Assembly (NCBI GenBank): GCA_017435365.1
Contig: JAFSFD010000024.1
Span: forward strand, 61,282 to 125,281
From: Akkermansia sp.
GTDB taxonomy: Bacteria; Verrucomicrobiota; Verrucomicrobiia; Verrucomicrobiales; Akkermansiaceae
DNA length: 64,000 nt
Direction: 5' to 3'
Positions 1 to 9,209 of the stretch are shown in pieces. The notes beneath the pieces are model-generated. The model was not told the origin of the DNA and searched no databases. It was given only the letters and a program-made list of their open reading frames with translations. The number at the start of each line of letters is the position of its first letter. Position 1 is the stretch's first letter. Position numbers and translations under genes: made by a program.

Positions 1-1276
1 GGGCAGCCCAGCGTTCATCGGCAATAGCCTTGATATCCTCCGGAACCTCAATGTCGGCATCCGGGTCGGGCAGTTGCAGGCCCAGGGCTTCCATGATGAA
101 GCGGAAGGCCTTCCAGGTCTTCTCGGCCTCGGCGGGTTCCAGTTCTGCAGGCTTGATACCCTTGATGGCGCTGAACACGTGGCCCAGGGCCTCCGGGCTG
201 TTCAGGTCATCTTCCAGACTGTCCCATGCAGGCTGGAAGGCGCCAAGGGCAGGGGCCTTCTTCACAAGGTCGCGGTAGGTGGGTTCCTTGGCACCGCTTG
301 CCTTGGCGAGCTCCTTATCGAAGCGGCCCAGCTTGTTGAGGGCGCTGGTGGCATCCTTCATGCCGGTGAGGGTGAAGTTCAGCGGGCGACGGTAGTAGGC
401 GCCGGCCAGCACATAGCGCAGGGCGGCGGGGGTGTAGCCCATTTCCTGCAGCTGGTCCAGGGTGTACATGTTGCCCAGGCTCTTGCTCATCTTGGCGCCA
501 TCCACCAGCAGGTGGGTCACGTGGAACCAGTGGCGGGCAAATTCACCGCCACAGGCGCAGCGGCTCTGGGCAATCTCGTTCTCATGGTGAGGAAACACGA
601 GGTCCACACCACCGGAGTGCAGGTCGAAGGTATCGCCGAGGTACTTGTGGCTCATGGCCGAGCACTCCAGGTGCCAGCCGGGGCGGCCCTCACCCCAGGG
701 AGATTGCCAGAAATTCGGGCCATCCTCCGGGCGGCGGGCTTTCCACAGCACGAAGTCGGCCACGCTGTCCTTTTCGTATTCGTCCGTATCGGCGCGGGTC
801 TGGGCAGTCTTGCCCAGGTCAAGCTCCTGGCGGTCCAGATGAGCCAGGCGGCCGTAGTCGGCATAGGAGGAAATGCGGAAGTAGATGGAGCCGTCCTCGC
901 TCTGGTAGGCATGGCCGGCGTCCATGAGCTTCTGCACGATATCGAGCTGCTCCTTGATGTGGCCCACGGCACTGGGCTCCACATGCGGGGAAAGGCAGTT
1001 GAGAGCCTTGCAGTCATCGTGGAACTTAGCCGTCCATTTGGCGGTGTATTCGCCCAGCGGCATACCCTGCGCCTGGGAGTTGCGAATCGTCTTGTCATCC
1101 ACATCCGTGAGGTTGCGCACATGCTTGGTGCGCAGCCCGCCGAGCTCCACCACGCGGCGGAACACGTCCTGCACCACGAAGGTGCGGAAGTTGCCGATGT
1201 GGGCAGCGGCATACACGGTGGGGCCGCAACAGTAGAAGCGCAGCTGCTTGCCGTCTTCTGCCTGCACGGGCTTCAT
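1..1276 (-). CDS. cysS: cysteine--tRNA ligase (N-terminal ~425 aa; 3' end runs off left edge of window)
   Basis: Own reverse translation from ATG at 1276: MKPVQAEDGKQLRFYCCGPTVYAAAHIGNFRTF... It has the class-I HIGN motif, GRPGWHLECSAM and GAKMSKSLGN (KMSKS). It is absent from the ORF track because it is open at the window edge. The 74..1300 + ORF is its antisense shadow. Confidence 0.92.
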   Translation of the reverse strand, partial: MKPVQAEDGKQLRFYCCGPTVYAAAHIGNFRTFVVQDVFRRVVELGGLRTKHVRNLTDVDDKTIRNSQAQGMPLGEYTAKWTAKFHDDCKALNCLSPHVEPSAVGHIKEQLDIVQKLMDAGHAYQSEDGSIYFRISSYADYGRLAHLDRQELDLGKTAQTRADTDEYEKDSVADFVLWKARRPEDGPNFWQSPWGEGRPGWHLECSAMSHKYLGDTFDLHSGGVDLVFPHHENEIAQSRCACGGEFARHWFHVTHLLVDGAKMSKSLGNMYTLDQLQEMGYTPAALRYVLAGAYYRRPLNFTLTGMKDATSALNKLGRFDKELAKASGAKEPTYRDLVKKAPALGAFQPAWDSLEDDLNSPEALGHVFSAIKGIKPAELEPAEAEKTWKAFRFIMEALGLQLPDPDADIEVPEDIKAIADERWAA

Positions 1277-1343
1277 TGCCCCCGACTGTGTATCGTGTAG
1301 ATGTAACATAACGCGGGAAGTATGCCCCTCCTGCCGCGATTTG

Positions 1344-2726
1344 TCAAGCCTGCGGGGTGTCAGCCGGCAGAGTTTCCCGGACGGGAGGCTCATAGGCCTG
1401 CACCTTGTAACAGCGGCGGAGCAGCATGCGGCGTCGCACTCGCACATCGGACGGTTTGAACCACACCTCGAAGGCTACGCCGAAGTATTGATGCTGAGGC
1501 CCGATGCGGATGGCGAAGAGCGGGGTGTTTTCCGGAAAGATGTTGGAAATATCTCCCTGGGTGGAGCTGCGGATCCAGTCCGGCATGGAGCCGGGGAGGT
1601 CGTGGCGGAAAAGCTCATCCGGGTTGGAGGAGAAGCGGGCCGGGCAGTTGAGCAGGCGCAAGGTCTCATCAGTGGCCAGGTCTTTGATATAGACAAGTAT
1701 CACGCCTGGTTCGCCGGGATTGGCATACAATTCAGCCTGGTAGGCGCCTTCCTGAGCAAGCGGCTCGCTCAGGCGCAGTTCAGGAGTGTTGCCCGGGTAG
1801 GAGTTGCGGCCATTGAGCATGCGCTGCACCGTCGCCGGAGTGGGAGCATCGAGCAGGGGCTGCATGCGGGCATCTGTGGCAGAGATGGCGGCGTTGATGG
1901 CGCTGAAAGCGGTTTCCCGATGCGCACTGCCGCGCCATGCCAGCAGCAGGAAGTGGTTCCGCCCCAGGTCAACGGCTATATCCGGAATCTGCGGGTTGTC
2001 CTTATCAATTTCGGGGAAGTCACCGCCCGGTTGCACAACGGAGTATCCCTGCGGCAGCGGGTCGCCCTCAATCAGCTGGCGGAAGCACACATGCACCAGC
2101 CCCGGTGCGCCGGAGGTAGAGGGGGGAACCATCACCAGGTGACCGGGTTTGGTGTAGAAGGTGTCATCGCCATCCTGCCCGCTCCATCGGGGGGAGAAAT
2201 CGATGTAGCTTTTGAATAACTCAGCGTGCTCCTTTTCCAGCGCCAGGAGGTTAGGCGCGCCGGCCACTTTGTCCGTGCTCTGCTCCTTCGTTTCGATGGG
2301 GATGACCAGGGAGGCGGGGCCATTCAGCTGGTCTCGCGGGCTGTGCAGTGTGTCGGAATCCTGAATAGGCTGATTTTCCTGTTCTGAGACAGGTGGCGGC
2401 ACATCCGCGGCAATGGCGAGCAGAATGTAGAGCGCGAGGCCGATTCCCCAGATGAACAACCATTTGAAGAACTGGGTAAAGGCGCGTGTGTTGCTCAGCC
2501 TCAGCATGTGGGTTGCTGCTGAGATAATCATCAGCAAGGCTGATACGCCCATGGAGGCAAGCAGAACCATGCCGCAGTATCGGTGAACCAGCCTCGCAGT
2601 GCCCGCCGGACTGAGCTCCGGGAAGATAATCGGAATGCAACTGCACAGCGCTACAAGAACACAGAGAATGTGTACCCGGGTGGGGTAGAGGATGAATCTC
2701 CAGAACGCGGCGGCAGCGTGGTTCAT
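1344..2726 (-). CDS. hypothetical polytopic membrane protein with large C-terminal soluble domain
   Basis: ORF 1344..2753. I prefer the ATG at 2726 (MNHAAAAFW...) because it overlaps the upstream stop as ATGA. There are about 4 hydrophobic helices in the first ~120 aa. No recognisable family motif. Confidence 0.6.
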   Translation of the reverse strand: MNHAAAAFWRFILYPTRVHILCVLVALCSCIPIIFPELSPAGTARLVHRYCGMVLLASMGVSALLMIISAATHMLRLSNTRAFTQFFKWLFIWGIGLALYILLAIAADVPPPVSEQENQPIQDSDTLHSPRDQLNGPASLVIPIETKEQSTDKVAGAPNLLALEKEHAELFKSYIDFSPRWSGQDGDDTFYTKPGHLVMVPPSTSGAPGLVHVCFRQLIEGDPLPQGYSVVQPGGDFPEIDKDNPQIPDIAVDLGRNHFLLLAWRGSAHRETAFSAINAAISATDARMQPLLDAPTPATVQRMLNGRNSYPGNTPELRLSEPLAQEGAYQAELYANPGEPGVILVYIKDLATDETLRLLNCPARFSSNPDELFRHDLPGSMPDWIRSSTQGDISNIFPENTPLFAIRIGPQHQYFGVAFEVWFKPSDVRVRRRMLLRRCYKVQAYEPPVRETLPADTPQA

Positions 2727-4000
2727 TTCTGTTCCTCCGAGGGTTTCAGCCATCCCTCATGAGCCATGAGGAAACGCAGGAGGACGACGTGCGGAGCGGC
2801 TTCGCGCAGCTCTTCGTAGCGGGTGCGGAAAGCCGGGCGGAGCTCGGGCCGGAGAATAATCCGGTCTTCTTCCACGATGCCTTCCAGCATATCAGCATGG
2901 CGGGGCATACCGTGCTTCCGGAGCACGGCCCCGGCAGCGGTCAACTGGGCTCCGGAGATGGAATCCATGCGCCCGTGACGGATGGCGGCATCTGCCAGCA
3001 GCGCCTCACGGATTTCCACCAGCTCCGGGGCAGTGAGCCGGGAGAAAGCAGCCTCCCAGGGGCGGGGCAGCCCTTTGAGCTTCATCTGGAGAGCAAGCGC
3101 TGTGTGTACAATTTCCGGGTCGAAGGCATCGGCATATTGCTGCAGCTCGGGCATGGCCCCCATGCCCTCGCGCTGGGTGAGCATTTCCAGAATCTTCGAC
3201 ATGGGTGCCGAGGCCGCGCATTCAATCATGTCGTCCTTGCTTACCGGAAGCAGGGTGCCCAGCTTGTGCAGGGCCTTGCGCAGCAGTGCGGGGTTCACAT
3301 TCCAGCCCATGCTGTGCAGGGTGCTCAGCAGGTGGGCCGGTATTTCCTCCAGAAAGTGTTCGCCGTGTTCCCAGAGAGTCAGGGAGTTAATAAAACCCTC
3401 AGCCGCCTGCGGGCTGGCCAGGTGCATGAAGGTGAGACAGTCAGAAAGAGCCCCGGCAGGAATGCGGGAAACGGACGTGGCGCCCAGATAATTCTGCACG
3501 AGGCGCTGTGCTCGTTCCAATGCAGGGGTGCAGTAGCGGCGGGTCAGGTACAGGTGGCTGCCGGCAGATTTGGAGAGCAGTGCCTGATTGTTGCGGAGTC
3601 GCATGTAGCGCAGCAGGGCGCCTTCGTCGTGGGGGATACGCAGAGCCAGCTCGCGGGGAAGGAGGTTTTCCGCGCAGAGCCGCTGGTAGAATTCCGGCAT
3701 GCCGGCCAGATAGAAAACCGCATTGCAGCCGGCACTGTTTTCGTGGAGCGGGTCGCAATCCAGCTTCAGCATATTGAGCAGCAGCGGCTCCATGAGCTGC
3801 ACCCTGGCGGCCGAGGGCATGCTGTAGGCCGCACGGGCGGTGGCAATGAGCAGAGTATCTCCCTGGGCATCCTCCTCCGGCAGATAGAGAGCATCCAGCA
3901 GCGTGGGGAGAAGCTCCACCGGAGCGGGTGACACGGGCTCCTGCGCTGCAGTGAAACCGGCAGTGCAGAGGGTGAGTAGTGCTGTTTGGCAAAATCTCAT
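2723..4000 (-). CDS. hypothetical exported protein
   Basis: 425-aa ORF with a signal-peptide-like N-terminus (MRFCQTALLTLCTAGFTAAQEP). Co-directional and translationally coupled with its neighbours. The antisense 2759..3931 ORF was rejected. Confidence 0.6.
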   Translation of the reverse strand: MRFCQTALLTLCTAGFTAAQEPVSPAPVELLPTLLDALYLPEEDAQGDTLLIATARAAYSMPSAARVQLMEPLLLNMLKLDCDPLHENSAGCNAVFYLAGMPEFYQRLCAENLLPRELALRIPHDEGALLRYMRLRNNQALLSKSAGSHLYLTRRYCTPALERAQRLVQNYLGATSVSRIPAGALSDCLTFMHLASPQAAEGFINSLTLWEHGEHFLEEIPAHLLSTLHSMGWNVNPALLRKALHKLGTLLPVSKDDMIECAASAPMSKILEMLTQREGMGAMPELQQYADAFDPEIVHTALALQMKLKGLPRPWEAAFSRLTAPELVEIREALLADAAIRHGRMDSISGAQLTAAGAVLRKHGMPRHADMLEGIVEEDRIILRPELRPAFRTRYEELREAAPHVVLLRFLMAHEGWLKPSEEQK

Positions 4001-4048
4001 TGCTTTCCTTGAATTTAAAGGAAATCAGCCCGTCTGTCAACCTGTAAA

Positions 4049-5875
4049 TTAGGGTGCCGGGGTGAGAAAAGCCGCAGAATGCTTGAGGATGAAGCGGGCA
4101 GTGGCAATTTCCAGCTCGAATTTCCAGGAATCGCTGTCTTCCGTGAGCTTATCCAGTGTTTCCGGATCATCCATGGCGGCGATAATGGCGCGGTAGCGTG
4201 CGGCGGCCTGAGTGGCGCCTGTCTCTTCCATGGCGGCGAGCATCTGCTCCTGCTCCGCCGGGAGCATATCACCATACCACAGACGGGAGAGCGAAGTGAG
4301 CAGCACTGCTTTCTGCAGCACGGGGGAATCTGCCTCGCGGCCATGGTTTTCCAGCCAGAGCTGCACATCGCCATCGCGGGGGGTGGGGAGCCCCGCCTGG
4401 CGGAGCCGGGCGCCGAGTGCGCCTGCCGCCATGGGGAGGGAAGCATGCTTGCAATATTGCTCAATTTCAGCAGCAGAATCCGGGCAGCGGGAGAGCAACT
4501 CAATCATGAACGCGGCTTCATCTGCCTTTTTTGCCTCGTTGAGATGCTCTGCGGCAGCGCAGATAATCTGCTTGGGGAGAACCAGGTTTTCACATTTGGT
4601 GAGGGCCGGCAGCAGGCAATCGCCGTGACCTTTGTTCCAGGCATCTGCGCCGCTCCAGATGGGCATGGCCGCCACGCATAGAGATGCTCTGGCCGCATCC
4701 ATGCTGTGCAGCAGTTCCACCGCCATGGGCAGCACATCATGATAACCGGGGTGCTGAAGCATCTCAGGCGTGGGTGCCAGGATGCCTGCAATGGCCTCGA
4801 ATGCCTCCATTGGAGGAATCTGCTCCAGCACCGCTGCCTTGCCCACTTCTTCCAGCAGCGCAATACCACCGGTGAATTTGATTTCAGCAGGTTTCAGTTC
4901 CACTCCGCGCCTGCTGAGCTCATCACGCACGGCTGAGTCCTTGGTAAGGATATCCACCGCGCGGAAAGCGGGAGAACCATCCTGCCGGATTTCGGCCAGC
5001 TCGGGGTCGGCCCCGCGCTGGATGAGCAGCGAGCAGACATCCAGAATGGCGCGGCGGTGCTCCGGCTCCTCCTCCTCAGCCGGGGAGAGCAGGTGCCCGG
5101 CGGCTTCCAGCAGGGGGGTGGTGCCGCTCAGTTGGTGCGCATTCACATCGGCTCCGGCATCCAGCAGCAGTTTAACAGTGTCGCAGTGCAGATTGGCCGC
5201 AGCCATGAGGAGCATGGTATCCATGGATTCCGGGGCCTTTCCGGCACCCATATCGAGCATGCGTTTCAGCGCGGTATTCCAGCCCATCATGGCCGGTGCC
5301 TGGCATGTGGTGTTATCCGGTTTGCAGCCTTTATCCATCAGGTGCAGGAACACTTTCTCGCTGTATGAATTGAGACCTGCGTAGTTCAACAGCGGCGTAT
5401 CTTCTGCCACATGCCGGTTCAGGTCTGCCCCGCCGGCTATCAGTACATCAATGAGCCGGATTGTCTCCTCATCGGTATGATTTTCTTCCTCCACCCCGCG
5501 GAGAGATACCGCCAGTGAAAGCGGAGTATCCCCGGCGGCGGTGGTGGCATTCGGGTCGGCGTTGTCAAGCAGAAGACACCGGGCCAGCTCTGCTTTCTTG
5601 AACAGACAGGCCAGATGCAGCATGCTGACACCGGAGACCGGCATGGTGCGTCCGGCATCCGGATGAGCGGAAAAATCCGCCATCAGGGTAAAAATTTCGT
5701 GAGCATCCGGAAGCTCCAGCACTTCTTCGATACCTACTTCGGGGATGTAAGCTGCAATCTGTGCAAGCTGCTCAGCGGCTTCCGGGGTGGCGTGCCCGCG
5801 TTCCGGTGGGCGACAGCCGGAAAGCAGGATACTACTGCCCAAACAAACCAGCATGAGTGCTCGAAGGATTCTCAT
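4049..5875 (-). CDS. ankyrin-repeat lipoprotein
   Basis: The internal ATG at 5875 gives MRILRALMLVCLGSSILLSGC (lipobox LSGC). Several ankyrin-type repeats are present (LLLDNADPNATTAAGDTPLSLAV; LIAGGADLNRHV..TPLL; LLLDAGADVNAHQLSGTTPLLEAA; LIQRGADPE). A promoter lies 6 nt upstream of this ATG. Confidence 0.78.
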   Translation of the reverse strand: MRILRALMLVCLGSSILLSGCRPPERGHATPEAAEQLAQIAAYIPEVGIEEVLELPDAHEIFTLMADFSAHPDAGRTMPVSGVSMLHLACLFKKAELARCLLLDNADPNATTAAGDTPLSLAVSLRGVEEENHTDEETIRLIDVLIAGGADLNRHVAEDTPLLNYAGLNSYSEKVFLHLMDKGCKPDNTTCQAPAMMGWNTALKRMLDMGAGKAPESMDTMLLMAAANLHCDTVKLLLDAGADVNAHQLSGTTPLLEAAGHLLSPAEEEEPEHRRAILDVCSLLIQRGADPELAEIRQDGSPAFRAVDILTKDSAVRDELSRRGVELKPAEIKFTGGIALLEEVGKAAVLEQIPPMEAFEAIAGILAPTPEMLQHPGYHDVLPMAVELLHSMDAARASLCVAAMPIWSGADAWNKGHGDCLLPALTKCENLVLPKQIICAAAEHLNEAKKADEAAFMIELLSRCPDSAAEIEQYCKHASLPMAAGALGARLRQAGLPTPRDGDVQLWLENHGREADSPVLQKAVLLTSLSRLWYGDMLPAEQEQMLAAMEETGATQAAARYRAIIAAMDDPETLDKLTEDSDSWKFELEIATARFILKHSAAFLTPAP

Positions 5876-5881
5876 GTGCGC

Positions 5882-5909
5882 ATTGTAGCATATTATGAGC
5901 TCCGCACAA
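5882..5909 (-). promoter_or_regulatory. sigma70-like promoter of ankyrin lipoprotein gene (TTGTGC-16-TACAAT, 6 nt before ATG)
   Basis: The minus strand reads TTGTGCggagctcataatatgcTACAATgcgcacATG. Confidence 0.45.
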
Positions 5910-5944
5910 GTCGTAAGTCTGCCCTGCAAGCTGTTATTTATATC

Positions 5945-5974
5945 TTGACGCAACAGGGGACTGAATGATAGAAT
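5945..5974 (+). promoter_or_regulatory. sigma70-like promoter of recJ (TTGACG-18-TAGAAT, 6 nt before ATG)
   Basis: TTGACGcaacaggggactgaatgaTAGAATcgggccATG read directly from the sequence. Confidence 0.5.
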
Positions 5975-5980
5975 CGGGCC

Positions 5981-7690
5981 ATGAGTACTAAGTTCAGTTG
6001 GGAATTACGCCCAATGGACGGAAGTGTGGACTTTGGAGAGGAACTGAATGCGCAGCTGCCGCTGCTTGTTCGCAAGTTGCTGGCCCAGAGGGGCATTTCC
6101 GGCCGGGATAGGGCACAACGATTCCTAAGACCCAGGCTAGCGGATCTGGGAGACCCTTTCGCCATGCGGGAGATGGATGCAGCCGTTGAGCGCATCTTCC
6201 GCGCGGCAGACAACGGCGAGCACGTCTGCATCTATGGTGACTACGATGTGGACGGCGTGAGCTCTGTCACGCTCCTGTATTCCATCCTGCAGGCCTATGG
6301 TATCCGCACCGATTTCTTCATTCCCGTGCGCACGCGCGAAGGCTACGGTCTGAGCGAGGAGGGCATGGCCAACGCTATCGCCAAATGCGGTGAAAAACCG
6401 GATTTGATTATTGCCGTGGACTGCGGCACCTCATCGGTGGAGGAAGTGGCCTGGCTCCAGGAGCAGGGGATTGATGTGGTGATTCTGGATCACCACGAAG
6501 CCAGCACTCACGGCCGCCCGCCTGCTGTGGCGGTGGTGAATGCCAAGCTGGAGGATGAAAGTCCCTTTACCTACCTGTGTAGTGCGGGCGTGGTGTTTAA
6601 GCTGGCACATGCCATGCTGAAGCTTAGGAGATTGCCGGATTTTGACCTGAAGCAGCATCTGGATGTGGTGGCCATTGCCACGGTGGCAGATATTGTGCCC
6701 CTCGTTGAGGAAAACCGCCTGCTCACCCGGCACGGCCTGCGTGTCATGGAAAGTGGCGGCAATATCGGCATTCAGGCGCTCAACCGGGTGACGAACCTGA
6801 ATCGCCGGCCTAGCGCCAGCCATGTTTCGTTCCGCATCGGGCCGCGTCTGAATGCTGCCGGGCGTATGGATAGCCCGCTGGATGCTCTCAATCTGCTCAT
6901 GACGAGGGACACGGCGGTGGCCATGGAGCTGGCTGAGAGGCTGGAGATGCATAACCGCGCACGCCAGCAGGAGGAAGAGAAAATCCGCCATGAGGCCATG
7001 GAGATGCTGGCGAAGAATTTCTCACCGAGCCGCGACAGCGTGATTGTGCTGGGGTCGCGGACATGGCATCCCGGTGTAGTGGGTATCGTGGCCTCGCTCC
7101 TCATGCGCCGTTACCACAAGCCTACCTTTGTCATCTCCCTGGATGAAAACGGCATAGGCAAGGGGAGCGGTCGCTCCATTCCCGGAGTATCACTTGTGCA
7201 GGCCATCCATGCCTGCGCCGATACGCTGATTTCCGGTGGCGGCCATGATATGGCTGCCGGCCTCGTGATTCATGAGGAAATGATAGATGCTTTCCGCGAG
7301 CGCTTCAATCGCTTTGTGCAGGAGAGTGTGGACCCGGACACCCTGACCCCCGTGCTGAAAGTGGACGCAGAGGTGACATTCCCGGAGCTCACGCTCGATT
7401 TGCTGGATAGCTACGAACTGCTGGAGCCCTTCGGTAATTCCAATCCGCAGCCCGTATTCATGAGCCGGAATGTGATGCTGACCGATGCGCCGCGCCACCT
7501 GCAGGGCAATCATCTGCGTCTGGGGCTGCGCCAGGGCACCTGCGAGTGCGATGCCATGTATTTCAACGGCGGGTCTGTGAAGCTGCCTGACCCGCCCTGG
7601 GATATTGCGTTCACTATTGACCGCAATGTCTGGCGGGGCCGCACTTCGCTTTCCATTTCTATTCAGGATATCCGCCCGGCTGTATTATGA
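5981..7690 (+). CDS. recJ: single-stranded-DNA-specific exonuclease RecJ
   Basis: DHH-family motifs are present: IYGDYDVDGVSS, AVDCGTSS, VILDHHE and the DHHA1 motif GGGHDMAAG. Length 569 aa is typical. Confidence 0.92.
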   Translation: MSTKFSWELRPMDGSVDFGEELNAQLPLLVRKLLAQRGISGRDRAQRFLRPRLADLGDPFAMREMDAAVERIFRAADNGEHVCIYGDYDVDGVSSVTLLYSILQAYGIRTDFFIPVRTREGYGLSEEGMANAIAKCGEKPDLIIAVDCGTSSVEEVAWLQEQGIDVVILDHHEASTHGRPPAVAVVNAKLEDESPFTYLCSAGVVFKLAHAMLKLRRLPDFDLKQHLDVVAIATVADIVPLVEENRLLTRHGLRVMESGGNIGIQALNRVTNLNRRPSASHVSFRIGPRLNAAGRMDSPLDALNLLMTRDTAVAMELAERLEMHNRARQQEEEKIRHEAMEMLAKNFSPSRDSVIVLGSRTWHPGVVGIVASLLMRRYHKPTFVISLDENGIGKGSGRSIPGVSLVQAIHACADTLISGGGHDMAAGLVIHEEMIDAFRERFNRFVQESVDPDTLTPVLKVDAEVTFPELTLDLLDSYELLEPFGNSNPQPVFMSRNVMLTDAPRHLQGNHLRLGLRQGTCECDAMYFNGGSVKLPDPPWDIAFTIDRNVWRGRTSLSISIQDIRPAVL

Positions 7691-8610
7691 GACCTTCGCA
7701 CCATACATCGCGCCGGAGCCGGAAAGCCGAGCCGGAGTTCGGAGATTGGCGCGTGCATGTGGAAAAGCCTCACGAGGCGGAGCACCTGCGCCCCACGCCG
7801 GTCAATGTGCTGCGCCGCATGCAGGTTCAGGCCGCCTACTGGCAGAACACAGACCCGCTATATGAACTGGAAGCCACGGATGACTGGCAACCCGTGCGCG
7901 GGTGGAACAAGGCAGTCCGTATCTTTATAGGCCTGTGTGTTTTGCTGCCGTTTTCGATTGTCATGGTGTATGCCATGATGCTGCAGTTGTATCATGCCGG
8001 CCCGATGGTGGGGAATATAGACTTCTGGCAGAGTCTGCCGGTGTGGTATTCAGTGCTGGGGGCCCTGTTATTTATGGCCGTGAAGTATTTCCGCCTGATA
8101 GACCCGATGCTCGTGTTCATCTATGTGGCCGGGCACGAGCTGACGCATGCACTTGCGGCGCTACTCTGTTTCGGGAAGGTGGTGAACATGCGTGTGGATA
8201 TTGATGGCGGGTACATTGACACGGATAAGGATAACCTCTTTATTTCCCTTTCTCCCTATTTTGTGCCTATCTGGATGCTGTGCTGGCTCGGCTGTTTTTA
8301 TGCCGTGAATTGGATTTGGCCATCCGATGCCTGCATGGCGTGGTTCTATGCCGGATTCGGGTTCTGGTGGACATTCCATATATACTGGACGCTGTGGGTT
8401 ATTCCCCGCGAACAACCCGACTTGCTGGAGAACGGTGTGGTGCTGTCGTTCATGATAATCATGCTGGCCAACATCAGTGCCTTGCTGCTGGTGCTGCGTG
8501 GCTTCGGTGTCATTTCTCTGAAGGGGTACGCCCAGGATTTTGTCCACTGCGCCGTTGAAATCTATACCACCTACCGTGAGCTGGCGCTATGGATTATTCG
8601 TTCCTTTTAA
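7687..8610 (+). CDS. membrane protein with HExxH motif (putative intramembrane zinc metallopeptidase)
   Basis: 307-aa ORF with an ATGA overlap with the recJ stop. It has multiple hydrophobic helices and AGHELTHALAA at the edge of a helix. The family was not identified. Confidence 0.55.
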   Translation: MRPSHHTSRRSRKAEPEFGDWRVHVEKPHEAEHLRPTPVNVLRRMQVQAAYWQNTDPLYELEATDDWQPVRGWNKAVRIFIGLCVLLPFSIVMVYAMMLQLYHAGPMVGNIDFWQSLPVWYSVLGALLFMAVKYFRLIDPMLVFIYVAGHELTHALAALLCFGKVVNMRVDIDGGYIDTDKDNLFISLSPYFVPIWMLCWLGCFYAVNWIWPSDACMAWFYAGFGFWWTFHIYWTLWVIPREQPDLLENGVVLSFMIIMLANISALLLVLRGFGVISLKGYAQDFVHCAVEIYTTYRELALWIIRSF

Positions 8611-8669
8611 GTCATCTTTCGAGTTTTGCCTTGCAAGCGCCGCGTTTTCTGCCATAATTGCCGAGCGCC

Positions 8670-9209
8670 ATGTTGAACCAGGAAGTGATAACCGAGGCAG
8701 AGACCGCTGCTATTCAGATTCCCGCAGGTAATGCTGTGTTGTTGCCGGAGGGCTCCCGCATCTATGTAACCCAGATGCTGGGGAACTCCATCACGGCTGC
8801 TACGGATGTAGGCCTGGTGCGCATTACCCGCGAGGAAGCCGCCCGCGCCGGTATCATTGCTCCTTCACAGGTTGTGCAGGAAAGTGATGAGAACCTCACT
8901 CTGGAGGAACGCGTGTGGAAGGTGCTCAGCAATATCTATGACCCGGAAATCCCGGTCGATATTGTAAACCTGGGGCTAATCTACGGTGTAGAGATTATTC
9001 CCCAGAAAGAAGGGGGAAGCCATGTGAGCGTTCAGATGACATTGACCGCTCCCGGGTGCGGCATGGGGCCTCACATCATGGCTGAGGCAGAGATGGGCAT
9101 TGCTGCCCTGGATGGTGTTCAGAATGTGGATGTGGAGTTCGTGTGGGATCCCCCGTGGAATCAGGGGATGATGACCGAGGAAGCCCGCATGCAGCTGGGG
9201 CTTGAATGA
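8670..9209 (+). CDS. sufT: SufT-like / DUF59 (MIP18 family) Fe-S cluster assembly protein
   Basis: DUF59 core: VWKVLSNIYDPEIPVDIVNLGLIYGV...VQMTLTAPGCGMG...VDVEFVWDPPWN. The track start at 8658 is TTG, so I prefer the ATG at 8670 (MLNQEV...). Confidence 0.8.
   Translation: MLNQEVITEAETAAIQIPAGNAVLLPEGSRIYVTQMLGNSITAATDVGLVRITREEAARAGIIAPSQVVQESDENLTLEERVWKVLSNIYDPEIPVDIVNLGLIYGVEIIPQKEGGSHVSVQMTLTAPGCGMGPHIMAEAEMGIAALDGVQNVDVEFVWDPPWNQGMMTEEARMQLGLE

Noticed and set aside
74-1300. 408-aa + strand ORF covering the left end of the window
   Set aside because: It is the antisense shadow of cysS. The minus strand translates to a complete HIGN...KMSKS class-I synthetase, while the + ORF is Ala/Gly/Val/His-rich with no motif. 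The same logic rejects these long antisense ORFs: 2759..3931 (+), 15043..16002 (+), 21020..22384 (-), 31012..32916 (-), 36382..37296 (-), 38638..40464 (+), 42172..43908 (+), 44651..45289 (+), 47204..48379 (+), 49920..50894 (+), 53870..54805 (+), 55693..56325 (-) and 58522..59667 (+). High GC suppresses stop codons on the non-coding strand.
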